DNA of 64,000 nucleotides, from NCBI RefSeq assembly GCF_052425735.1, contig NC_135761.1, positions 36,952,001 through 37,016,000 of the forward strand. The letters run 5' to 3'. A model generated the notes under the pieces. The model searched no databases, was not told the DNA's origin, and was given only the letters and a program-made list of their open reading frames with translations. The translations under genes and the position numbers were made by a program. Position 1 is the stretch's first letter, and each line of letters starts with the position of its first letter. Origin of the DNA: Oculina patagonica. Its lineage: Eukaryota. This document shows, piece after piece, positions 24,527-36,500 of the stretch.

Positions 24527-25075
24527 TTTTTTTAATAATTTATTCAAATAAAAAAAAATGTTACAAGTACAGCACAAGTAAAACTAGAACGATATACAAC
24601 AAACAAAAAGAGAGAGAAAAAAACCGGAAAACTAACTACAGTATAACAATTCTCCAATACACTATCAAGCAATTTTAAATACACTATGTAAAGTATATTT
24701 CCATCTCTAACAATTAATTTAATTTGAGAAAGGGTTATTAATCTTTAAGGTTCTACCATAGTTATTAAATTTATTTTGGAATTCTTTTAGACTAAGTTGA
24801 CTGTTCCACACTTTATTATAAATTATGTAATGTCTTAGATATATAATAAAGATATTTTCTATTTGATTCGTGTTATCAGCTGTTTGATGTTCTGTTCCAA
24901 AGAGTAAAGAGTAGTTATTTATAACCAGAGACTTGTTTGTTTTCTGCTCAAACCAATTACGTGCACTGGAAATGAGGTCGAGCACTGATTTGTATTGAAA
25001 AAGGCAGTGTTCTATAGAGTCCTCTTGTTTACAATAGATACATTTTGCATCTTTGGCAATATTACAGAATGCCAG
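24527..25075 (-). mobile_element. 3' end of a Tx1/L1-group LINE (zf-RVT C-terminus, 3' UTR, polyA)
   Basis: KCIYCKQEDSIEHCLF...LLFG...RHYIIY, followed by AATAAA and an A-run on the minus strand at ~24527-24545. Confidence 0.85.
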
Positions 25076-27489
25076 TGTCCGAAAATGAAACGTCTCAATT
25101 ATGCAAGTTATGTTATGAAACGGTGCATGCATATTTCGGAACGGAACAGTATATGCCCATTAAAAAAAAAAAACAAGTCGCGCAAATATATGTAACAATA
25201 ATTTTTCAAACAGCCCTAAAACTGGTTCGCAAATCCATCAACTGAAGAATGAGTTTTGAGAGCTATTCACCCCTACACATTTAAACAGAAAGCTGTCCCT
25301 TGCTTTCACACCTACTAATCGAGACCGGGAATCGAGATCCATGCCCTTTCAAACAAGTTAAAAGTAACGGTGCAGCACAAAATGAAGCCCACCTACAATC
25401 TATATAAGCGTATAACGCTAAGTGTTGTACTATTAAATTCACAAATCTATATGGTGCTTCATAGTGTTTTACTGTATTTGTTGATAGAACACAATCAGAG
25501 GATTAAAAACAAAATATACTGGTAATGTTTGGTTTGTGACCTAAAAATACATAAAATAAAGGTTTTTGGCTCCAATACTTCAGAGGTTAGACCTTATAAA
25601 ATATTAAACTAGTAAGTAACCTTAGATTTGCAAGAGTGATAGTCAACTTGGTTGCACCGTGGTGACTATTCACTAATGTCAATCGCACTGTTATAATCTA
25701 AAATTATTACTGTAAGAAACTAACCCTGGATAAGTAATAATTAGCTTTCCTAATAGAACTTTCTGACTACAATAACATTTTACTGCTTATTAGCTCCACT
25801 TTCTCCTTCAATTCGAGGTCGGCCCTGGACATAAAAATGCCCCGTTTGTGCTTTAATAGCACCTTCTTGAATCATCGTATCCTTTAAATTCTTCAAAATC
25901 ATCGACTGAAGTAAAAAGGACCACATTGAAGGAGGTCAACTTTGTGAAGTTAAATCGATTAACAAGAGCGATGACATCAGAGGCATTCTGTGGAAAAAAT
26001 TAAAGGAGTTTTCAATATATAATCGTGCTTGGTATAAAAATAAGGGCTCCTCCAAAACGGTTTTCATGAAGTGTAAAATCTTACGGTTCTATAATAAATA
26101 AGAAAGACAAATCTAAAATTAAACGAATGTTTAAAAAAAGATTCTTCAAAAAGTTCTCCCTTAAAACTTTAACATAATGTCAAATGGGTTGTAGCCATCT
26201 TCCGTTTCCAGTTGCAGAGTGCCACCTGAAACAATTTCAATTTTTTTTTGAAAGGAAAAACAATTGATCCACCGTAAAATTGAACCCAATCACCACTATC
26301 GTCTGAATTCCTTAACAGGAACACAAGCAAGCCCTTAATGCACACATATTCCAGTCTGAAACTCAAGCTCTTCTTAGCTTGGATAATGGATCTCTGCTCA
26401 GGGGACATGCAGGTGGAGATGTCCAAGTATTCCTATCTGTTGAAAATGTTGACTTATGGTTCTGGTAGAGCAAATGTTTAGTCACTGAAGCAAAGATTTT
26501 CCGTGGCAAGAGGTGATATAGATCTTCTGATCCAGAGAGATCCAGTTCGCAGAGCTCAGCTTCTCCCTATCTTGTGACTCTCGTAAGGTCTTCAATCTTC
26601 AAGAAACTAAAGACTTCAACCAAAATCAATGCCAGAAACATTACGTTTAACTGATGGATTGTATTCTCTTTATCACGCTGCCAGGCTGTGGCAGGTTTTT
26701 GTTTCACCTTTTCATTGGTGCAATTTCATCCTTACAGCACTGTAATCTCATGTCTGTTTGAGATCGTTAATTTCATACAACCAGTTTGCAGGCATTCTAT
26801 TTTAGGCCAGGAGATATAGTCAAATGAAATCTTCAATTTTGTTGTTAAAATGTGTATAGATTTTATTTAAAGTTACAGTGACCGGTTTCTTGTCAAGTTA
26901 TGCAATGCAGAATCCCTGTTATAGTCTTCTTGATGCTTTTTCCCCGAGATGGTCGGCGATGAGGTCCCAAAGATTGTTTAGGATCTCAGTGAGACAGTCC
27001 AAATACTATAGCTGTTTCCCAGCTGGAGCTGTGGCAATAGCAGTTGTCAGGTATTTGTGGATCTTGTAAATTTAACTGAATTCAGGAAATTCTTCTGTGT
27101 GTCTCGCGGAAGAGGACTGTAATGCATGGTCAATGCATAACCTCACACAACTAGTGTACCTAAATAGAAAATACAACAGTGCTAAAACTGTTCAGCTGTA
27201 TAATTATTTACTCCAAATACTTAAAACACGAAGCCTAGCTCTCCCCTGAGAACTGAACAGTCCAATAATGGATGAAGGAACTCCAAACACTTCAACACAA
27301 AGCGCTAGGGTGGTTGTTTTGAAAATGAAAATTACAAAGGTTACCATAGCAACCATTGTCGTTTTCTTTTGCTTTCAAACAAGCCTAATTTTCTCGAAAT
27401 CTAGATTGACTCTTGGTATTAATTTTTTGATATGTTTAAGTTTAATAGATTGCCTAACTGTTGACGAAATTTTAGAACAATCTGTAAGG

Positions 27490-27882
27490 TAGTTTGGTAT
27501 TTGAGTGACTATTATAAAAGTAAAATATCCACTTATGATAAACTAATGTCAAAATTATAAGAGCTTTGCAAGTCCTTCACTGTCTAAAGACACTGATGGT
27601 GCCACAGGTTTAAAAAACTCTTCATGATAGATGTCTCTGTCATGAAAAGGACTTCTTCTGTGCACGTCATCATCACATTTTGCACACATTATGTCCTTCA
27701 ACCCACACTGCAGACACCGGACATGAGCTTGGTCTTTCCTGCAGTGAACTTAAAGACTAGATGGTGAAAGGGATTCTATCTCTATCAGTGACATCATAAT
27801 TTTAGGTCGTTTGCTGGCCCAGCTTTTGCCCAGATCTTACATCCTTGCAGTTTAACTCTTCTGGACTGTTGGTCGCTTGGTA
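27490..27882 (-). repeat. 393-bp apparently identical copy of 19710-20102
   Basis: Line-by-line comparison shows no differences by eye. Confidence 0.92.
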
Positions 27883-28700
27883 CTCTACGCCATTATCAAG
27901 TCAAAAGAAGTGATAGTTAAAATAAGAATATATATAGCGTGAAACAATAAAAATAGTTGTGTGTCCTATGGGCATAATACGTAAAGTAAAACAATGGAAA
28001 AACTAAAAGTTCTAATTAAAAATAGGGAAGTGTCAAGTAAATAATTTGGCGCGGATAGAGTCACTCTGGGTGTTCAGGGAAGGATTAATGTCCCTGATGA
28101 ACAGCATTTCATATACGAGGCAGTCAAACTTGCTTCTGCATTTCTTTAACACTTTGAAAAGGTGATTAATCTTTGCTGCTTTGCTGCCATGTTGTGCCTC
28201 AAGGTGTCTACCGATCGCAGAATAACGGTGCTCACTAATGCGTTGATGTAGGTGTCGGGCAGTAAACCCGACATAATTTGCATCGCACAAATCACATTGA
28301 AACAAGTAAACAACGCATTGTGTGTTCACGATCGGGGGCTTGTTTTCCTTTACGCACAAAATCTGTGACAGTTTTCTGCTGGTAAAGACGGGTTTGACAT
28401 CGATGTTGATCTTGGATCCCAGAGAATGAATTTCTTTGCGGACGCGATTAGCTGATCGTTGATCTTTAAACGGCAATGAAATGTAGACAGATGGCTCTGA
28501 TGGGGTTGCGGCGTGCGGTTCTGTATTAGTTTCTTGCCTGAACTTGCGTATTGTGGAATCGACTAATACGTTCGGATAGTGTAGTTTTGAAAACATGGTG
28601 CGTAACTTGTTGCACTCTTTCGTGAAGGCTTCTTCGGTGGAGGATAAACGGTGCGCCCGATCAACCATTGTGTTTACCAGGCCTTTCTTTCTACCTTGCT
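27883..28700 (-). mobile_element. 5'-truncated Penelope-like element (RT thumb plus GIY-YIG endonuclease)
   Basis: ORF 28033-28668 contains VVYLFQCDLCDANYVGFTARHLHQRISEH...CLVYEMLFIRDINPSLNTQ; the 3' UTR ends in CTTGATAATGGCGT. Confidence 0.93.
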
Positions 28701-28836
28701 CGAAAAAATCACTGCAAGCTAGATCTCAAAATTTTGCCACGATAGGAAAACCATTGTGTTTACCAGGCCTTTCTTTCTACCTTGCTCGAAAAAATCACTG
28801 CAAGCTAGATCTCAAAATTTTGCCACGATAGGAAAA
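28663..28836. repeat. 86-bp tandem duplication spanning the Penelope 5' junction
   Basis: AACCATTGTGTTTACCAGG...GCCACGATAGGAAAA starts at both 28663 and 28749. Confidence 0.92.
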
Positions 28837-28888
28837 ATGACTGGCGCCCAGGCTTCGCTCGTCCATTGAAGATGTGCCTTTGTAAGTA

Positions 28889-29148
28889 CAGTAAAAACCC
28901 GCGTATAAGAACTTGCTTTTTTAGAGTTTGGCAAAACAGGTTCTTATATTTTGGGGTACTTACTGGCATTTTTTAGCTTCCCTGTGCAATTTTTGATCTC
29001 TAAAGACATCCTTTTTGATAAAATACAGTTATTGTATTATAAATAAAATAGTTTAACCCCACATATAAGAACCTTTTGGGGTATTAAGGAAGCAAATTTC
29101 TGCCATGAGGTTCTTAATTTCTAGGTTCTTATACGCGGGTTTTTACTG
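28889..29148. mobile_element. Tc1/mariner-type MITE, TA target duplication
   Basis: TA-CAGTAAAAACCCGCGTATAAGAAC...GTTCTTATACGCGGGTTTTTACTG-TA (24-bp perfect TIR). Confidence 0.92.
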
Positions 29149-29214
29149 TATTTTCTTTGGAAATATGTCAAAATTCTGTGCAGAGCATAAAAATAAAGTA
29201 CGTCTTTTATCCAT

Positions 29215-30445
29215 AAGAATAGAACTCCTCTTTATACCTAATTAAGTAACTGCCTTAATTAGTAAAGAATAGAACTCCTCTTGATGCCTAATTAAGTACC
29301 TTCCTTAATTAGTAAAGAATAGAATTCCTCTTGATACCTAATAAAGTACCTTCCTTAATTAGTAAAGAATAGAATTCCTCTTGATACCTAATAAAGTACC
29401 CGCCTTAATTAGTAAAGAATAAAACTCTTCTTGATACCTAATTAAGTACCTTCCTTAATTAGTAAAGAATAGAATTCCTCTTGATACCTAATAAAGTACC
29501 CGCCTTAATTAGTAAAGAATAAAACTCCTCTTGATACCTAATTAAGTACCTGCCATAATTAGTAAAGAATAAAACTCTTCTTGATACCTAATTAAGTACC
29601 TGCCTTAATTAGTAAAGAATATAATTCCTTTTGATACCTAATTAAGTACCTGCCTTAATTAGTAAAGAATAGAATTCCTTTTGATACCTAATTAAGTACC
29701 TGCCTTAATTAGTAAAGAATAGAATTCCTCTTGATACCTTATTAAGTACCTTCCTTAATTAGTAAAGAATAGAATTCCTCTTGATACCTAATAAAGTACC
29801 CGCCTTAATTAGTAAAGAATAAAACTCCTCTTGATACCTAATTAAGTACCTGCCATAATTAGTAAAGAATAAAACTCTTCTTGATACCTAATTAAGTACC
29901 TGCCTTAATTAGTAAAGAAAGAACTCCTCTTGATACCTAATTAAGTACTTGTCTTAATTAGTAAAGAATAGAACTCCTCTTGATACCTAATTAAGTACCT
30001 GCCGTAATTAGTAAAGAATAGAACTCCTCTTGATACCTAATTAAGTGACTGCCTTAATTAGTAAAGAATAGAACTCCTCTTGATACCTAATTAAGTGACT
30101 GCCTTAATTAGTAAAGAATAGAATTCCTCTTGATACCTAATTAAGTACCTTCCTTAATTAGTAAAGAATAGAACTCCTCTTGATACCTAATTAAGTACCT
30201 GCCTTAATTAGTAAAGAATAGAATTCCTCTTGATACCTAATTAAGTACCTGCCTTAATTAGTAAAGAATAGAATTCCTCTTGATCCCTAATTAAGTACCT
30301 GCCGTAATTAGTAAAGAATAGAACTCCTCTTGATACCTAATTAAGTACCTACCTTAATTAGTAAAGAATAGAATTCCTCTTGATACCTAATTAAGTACCT
30401 GCCTTAATTAGTAAAGAATAGAACTCCTCTTGGTACCTAATTAAA
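29215..30445. repeat. 50-bp minisatellite, ~24-25 copies
   Basis: Consensus AAGAATAGAACTCCTCTTGATACCTAATTAAGTACCTGCCTTAATTAGTA, head to tail with no spacers. Confidence 0.97.
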
Positions 30446-32129
30446 TATTATATTTACCAAGTTGCTTTTATTTTTTGTGTAAAAAAAAGATGATAAAAAC
30501 GGTAGATTCACTAGCAACCTTTGAAGGTGTTATAATATGGGATCCACAAATGAATGGGTAATAAGTAAACCTAAGAAGTCGAACATTTTATACTTAACAT
30601 GCTAGGTTAGTTTCCATTTGTAGCAGTTACGCTTTCAGAATTCAGAGCATTGCGTGATTCTTGCCGATCGGTGCCTTGTGAAAGTAGAAATTTGCTAACG
30701 TCAGCACATTCCAGGACACAGACGTAATGTAAATAAATGTAAACTCTTGCCCGCTAAAGCGAATTTTTTTTTTAAAGCATCAAATTTTAGTATTTTCTTT
30801 GATTCAAACGTTTCAAAATACTTCACACCAAAGGAGTCGCAAATATTTCAAAGGTGGCTGGATAGCTTTGAAAAATTACGTGACTCGAGGTCTAGCCGAT
30901 CGAAAGTGAAACTTGTCATGTCAGCACATTCTTTTCCACCAACGTAATGGTATTTATTCACAGATTCTGGCCCGCTGAAATATATTTTTCTTGCGACGCG
31001 TGAAAATTTAGAAATTTCTTTGAGTAAAACGCTTCAAAATCGGACATCTTACGCTAAACATGCTTATTAAGACCAAAGCATTTGAAAATTTCCCATTGGT
31101 AAGTTTTTTCTAGCTTTTAAACCTTGCGTGACCCAAGCCCGACCGAGCGGGGGCATCAGTCTGGTCACTGAGAAAAAAAAAACCGCTTGCAGAGCAAGAA
31201 CTGCGCAGCGCAATTAAAAAAGATCACGTTTCGCACGAAGTAAACAACTAAACGATGTGAAGTAAGGCGCATTCATGTGTGCATTTTTTCAGTTTTTCTT
31301 TCGCATGAATTGTATAATTGAATTTTTGCTAACTGTAAAATGCGTTAATGCGTTAATTGTCAATATCATGTCTGCTGTATCTACAAGGTCCATAAACTTC
31401 TTTATGGCGAATACTCTCTCATTAAATTAGGGATAAGCATTTTCATATCTCTTGTTTATAGCCCATAAGTTTGTCATGGCCAAGGGTGGCAGCTAAGACA
31501 CCCTCCAAGTGTCAAAGAAATAAGCCCGTCATTGGTGCGCAAGAGAACTAAGATCGCGTTAATCAGTCTTCCTCCCCCCCCCACCTTCTTAAACACGCCT
31601 CTATTCATCATAGAAGAAGTGGTTTATTATACAGTCGAAGCTCTCGTAAGCGGACACCCTGGGGACGAGAAAAAAGTGTCCGTAACTGGAGCTGGCCGCT
31701 TACGAGCATGGTTCTTGTTAGCGGCCACTAGAGGTGTAAGGGATAAATGGCGAGACCAAACGAGCCTGATATGCCGCCGAAGCGTACCAAAAAGGTACTA
31801 TTAGGTATTTACTGTACCCAAATTCAGCCAAAAATCCGGTGATATTATTCGCTCTGTTGAAGCCACGCTTGCCAGACACGTAGTGCAAAATGTGTTGACC
31901 TGCTTGTATTAATACTTTTTTGGTTTAACACTTTTATCAAGTCCCCTTCTCACATTTTTTACTCGTTTGTTTGGAGTTTCATTCCCTAAATTTTCAAAAT
32001 CTAAATTTGGCGAAAAATTTGGAAACTCCGAGTCCATTGTTCCAGTGTGAATGTTTCAGTACTCGTCGGTAAAGATCGCACAATTGGCGCTCAAGTTTAG
32101 TTTTGGCGGGAAAGTTTTTCTCATTTTAC

Positions 32130-32669
32130 GACTGGTAAGCACCAGCTTATTAAAAATACTTGTTTCTGTTGTATTAGGTGCGACTATAAATGTATAAAAA
32201 ATTCCTAAGGGACCGATATAAAAAGTACCGGTAAAAAATGTCACAATGATGTAATAGAGTGATTTGCACACAGTCACGTAAAGAGTTTGGTGTGAATAGA
32301 GTCTTTCTGAGTATTTAGCTCAGGGTTCAATTCCCTAATAAACTGCATCTCGAAAATTAAGCAGTCAAACTTCGATCTGCAGTTTTTCAAAACAGAGAAT
32401 TTTGTTTCGTCCAAATCAGCCTTTGATAAACCATGTTCCTCCAGGTGCTTCCTGATTGCAGAGTATTTTTGCTCGTTGATGCGTTGGTGTAAATGTCGTG
32501 TGGCGTACCCGACATAATCTGTGTTGCACAGATTACATTCATATTTGTAAACCACACATTGATTGTTTACAATCAGAGGTTTCTTCTCTTTTGGGGCGAG
32601 AACCTGACGAATGTTCTTGCTCTGGAAAACAGGCTTTATCTGAACGCCGATATTACGTAATTTATTCAT
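32130..32669 (-). mobile_element. Second Penelope-like GIY-YIG fragment (different subfamily)
   Basis: ORF 32274-32669 contains VVYKYECNLCNTDYVGYATRHLHQRINE...CLIFEMQFIRELNPELNTQ. Confidence 0.9.
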
Positions 32670-33419
32670 GCCGTTTTTTTTTTCTTTGGAAAAGGGGATC
32701 AGTGGCTATGATGAGGAGTGAGGAAAAAAGGCGTAAATTAATTTTTCTCTGCAAACATTCAATGCCACAAGTTAAAATACCCTGACCTTTATTCTTTCCA
32801 CTGAACAACAAGAGCATTGATTCCTGAGACTTGCCATGTTCTTGAACATCCACTGAAAAAATGGATGACAGGTTCTGCTTTTGACAATATCCCTCACTGT
32901 AAGTATCTCTCATATTGCATATTGGTATTCATCAAGTTTACCTACGTGGAATTTTGTTTACCACTGCTCATTTTATATTTTCTTACAACAGACCTGTTCA
33001 AGCCTGGCATAAAAATGATGTAGTGTGACATGTGCCCATTTTTCCTGCAAGGGTTTTGACATCTACTTTGGGTGACATTGTGAACGGAATTCCATTCTCT
33101 CTCCATCTCTTATGCGATGTTATCACAAGCAGGGTTACAAAGTCCTTGTTTTTTTAGAAACTGGCAATAAAGATGAAATGAAAATGTCCCTACTTTCCTT
33201 TGCAGAGTCAATTTGGTGTAACCTTGAGGAAGATTGGGTGTAAGTTGGGAGCACAGTGATTTATTATAGCTCTTGCGTATGAAATAAGAAAAAAAAAGAG
33301 TTCCTAGATTTCATTCGACTCAGATCTCTGGCTCTGTCACCTGCAAAGAAATTATCTTGAAGAGAGCCTGGTCTCTAGCACAAAGGTAAAGTTGAATCAG
33401 AGACTTGCTGGCTCTTTTC

Positions 33420-36400
33420 ATCGTCTAAGGATCTTTCAAATACTTATAAACTGGGGCTCTGCTTGTGCAGAAATCACTCTGGCCAGAAGCTGTTGTGGGC
33501 ATATTTCTGAAAGGATCCAATTGTACTAGATCTGCAATCATTTTCTTTTCATCTTTTAAGAAATCACAAGTGGCATGCTGCACAGAATTAGGATGAATGC
33601 CAGTAGTCAAGTCAAATTGTTCCTTTACTTATTTGTTGCCATTTGTTGATTTCCCAACTTTACTGATGGACTGGAAGGTTTTATTGGACCCCATTCTTTG
33701 CACAACAGACTTGCTCACGCCCTTAAAAATTTCTTTGACCACGTCATCTGCAATGTTGTTTCCAGCATCGCCTTTCACCATCTGCCTCTGCTGCAGTGTC
33801 TTTCAGTTGAGGATAGTGAGAACGATTAAGCAAAGGGCATAATTAGTGACATGGTCCAACTCGTCTCCATTCATGTTGAAATTTTTTTGAAGGTGATACA
33901 CATCAATAAATTTAGCAAAGACATCATGAAAATATTTTGTCTTGTTCTCCTCTGGTTCAAAAGTTGGGTGGAAACTTGTTAATGGATGGAACATCATCTA
34001 CACTTGCCATTCCAAAGAAGCTGAGGGCTGCAGTAATTATTTATACCCTCCCAACACTGTGGAACAGTTCTTCACTTCCTCCATATGAATGAAGGACTTT
34101 GGTTGGGGAGATTTCGGGGTTAAAGTTCTCTCTACAATATTGAAGAGGTTCAACTTGATTCACTGATTCTGCTTTTTGGAGGAAAGAATAAAATATTGAA
34201 GCAGTGATGCTTTAGTTTGCCACATGTCTGGTTTAATGGGGGACTGTACAAAACGATCAGATGGTGTATGAGATCCTGAAAGTAAATCTTTGGCTCCAGC
34301 AAATCTTACTCTTGTCAGCTGGTAACCAGCAAAAGCTATCTTCATTTCCCTCATGGGATCATCTGCGGAATCCTCCGTATAAACTTTGGTTTAACCAGGT
34401 GTCGCTGGTCCCTCTCGTACTTCAGGGTTTTCATGATCGTAACTGATCTTATAAACGCCCGAGGCGTCTATTAAATTTTAGGTGTCCTAGGGGAGGCGTT
34501 TATTAGAGAGAGGCGTTTATTTAACTTAAACTGTAGTATTGCAGCAAAACAAATAGGATGCGTAGTGTGCTAGCGGAGTAAGATACAAAATAGATTTGGT
34601 GAGTAGGAGACTTATCTATCTTGAGCTAATGCAAAGCGTAGAGATGTCATTCTTAGTTCGGTATCAACGTTTTGATCATCATCGGGGTCAACCATGTTGG
34701 TGTTGTTGCCCTCTTCAATGTCTGACTCAAGTAAGAAACTAACTCTATTGGGTGATTCTACTCTATGGAGCATTTTCTTGGTTTTTGAGATTATTCTTGG
34801 AGGGAGCGTCTATTAGATACGGGGCGTTTATTAGAGAGGGGCGTCTAATACAAACTTTACACTTCAGGGGTAGCGTTTATTAGATACGAGGCGTTTATTT
34901 GAGAGTGGACGTTTATTAGATAATTTTGCTTTCACATGAATTTCTGTAATCCACTGCTCATTTGAGTGTAGAATTTCTACGCAATCTTCATACTCAGCTT
35001 TATTGGTATCAAGAAGGGCAAATAATGATGGTGGACTTGAGCCATTTCTTTGCTGTAGACAGGGAATATGTGTTCAGGGATGACTGACTTCAGCCATTTT
35101 AACTTAGGAGGTATTATATCAAATGCGAAGGGCAGTGTTTCATTAAGATATCCAACACCGAGAAGAGAGTTGAAAATATGATGTCCAGCAGAGTATTTTT
35201 GAGAAATTCGAGGTGTCTCAAGTGTTTGATATATCTTCTCAATCAGGAAAGGGGAACAGAAAAATAGAATCATATAAATCAATGCTACTAAAGATCGGGT
35301 ATCCAAATCGCTGTCGCGGTAATGATTTTCTTCGTTTTAATGTGATGAATTATTAATGAGTTCGAGAATGAATTCAACAATAACCCACGAAAACGTTTGC
35401 ACAGTTTATGTACAATTTCCACTCAGTAACGTTTAATGAAAAATGCTGACATGGAAAAGTTACAATGTTCCCATTTGGAGGAACATTAGGCAGATGCGAA
35501 AAGTTTACCCTATTGTCAATTTGGTTGGATGCCAATAAATGTAGATCTTCATTTACATCCTTTCTCATCTGGGCTTTCAGTACCTCTATGTCCAAGAGCC
35601 GGACCTGACTTTCCAAACAACTTTATCTGCAGTGTCTACCAAGTAGTTTCAGAAGGCTGTCCGCCTTCCATGGGAGAGACAAACACCAAGTTTGTTCAAT
35701 CATTCCTGAAGCTGGTTTAATAACCGAAAGAAAAATGCCACAATTAGAATAAAACAGTTTTGCATCTGGCTTGTGATATTTGGTGATAATAGAATTTTTT
35801 AATATTTTTAATAATGTAATTATTAAAAAAAGGGAACTATTCTTCTCATTTGTACACACAATTAAGTACAATTGATTCTACACTTATTAAAGTATACAGG
35901 TCAAATTTAGTTAATATGAATACACATCTCAGAAAAGTTTTCGCTGGTATTTGACTGTTGAAAGCTGTAATTACACTTTTCATGTCAATGTTCACCAATG
36001 CAATGTTGCAATTGGTGGGATAATACTTGTTTTCGTCTGCTTCAACTTTAGACCAAAATAGCATTGTGTCAGTTACCCTCACTAATTTTTTAGAATTTTT
36101 GTACTAACTCCGAACATTGCAACACATACTGAGTGTGTTCATGGCGGCCATATTGGAGGAGTGAAACCATAAAACGATTTTCCTTTGGGAAAAAACTCAT
36201 GCAAATATGTTTCATTGTTTGACTTCTCCAACATGGCTGCCACGAAAATACTCTATATCTGTTTCTTTCCAACTAAGATCTCATTTGCGTCCTTGAGTTG
36301 ATCATGATGAGCTTGGTGAGCTGCATTTGGGGTCAAGAACAGCTACATACTCATCAGAGGGCAGAAAATATTGTTGTATCTGAGCATTTCTCCAAACACA

Positions 36401-36500
36401 AGGTCATCACTACTTTAAATTTCTTGCCTTAGCTTTGCGGCCAAATTCTGTGCCAGATAGTGCATCTGCACAGTTTGTCAGTTTGACCTGTTGCCTGTAT
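33420..36500 (-). pseudogene. DUF6589-type (AcademH-like) transposase pseudogene, interrupted by small repeats
   Basis: Colinear peptides [83 protein letters not shown] (GDQLT-like), VTNYALCL and DEKKMIADLVQLDPF. There are many stops and frameshifts, and MITE-like inserts at ~34450-34920, ~35110-35390 and ~36130-36257. Confidence 0.65.

Noticed and set aside
25900-27160. Exon-like coding relic on the minus strand
   Set aside because: It has some splice-like signals, but stops in all frames and no motif I can assign.
29215-30445. CRISPR array
   Set aside because: Units are contiguous with no unique spacers, there are no cas genes, and the context is eukaryotic.
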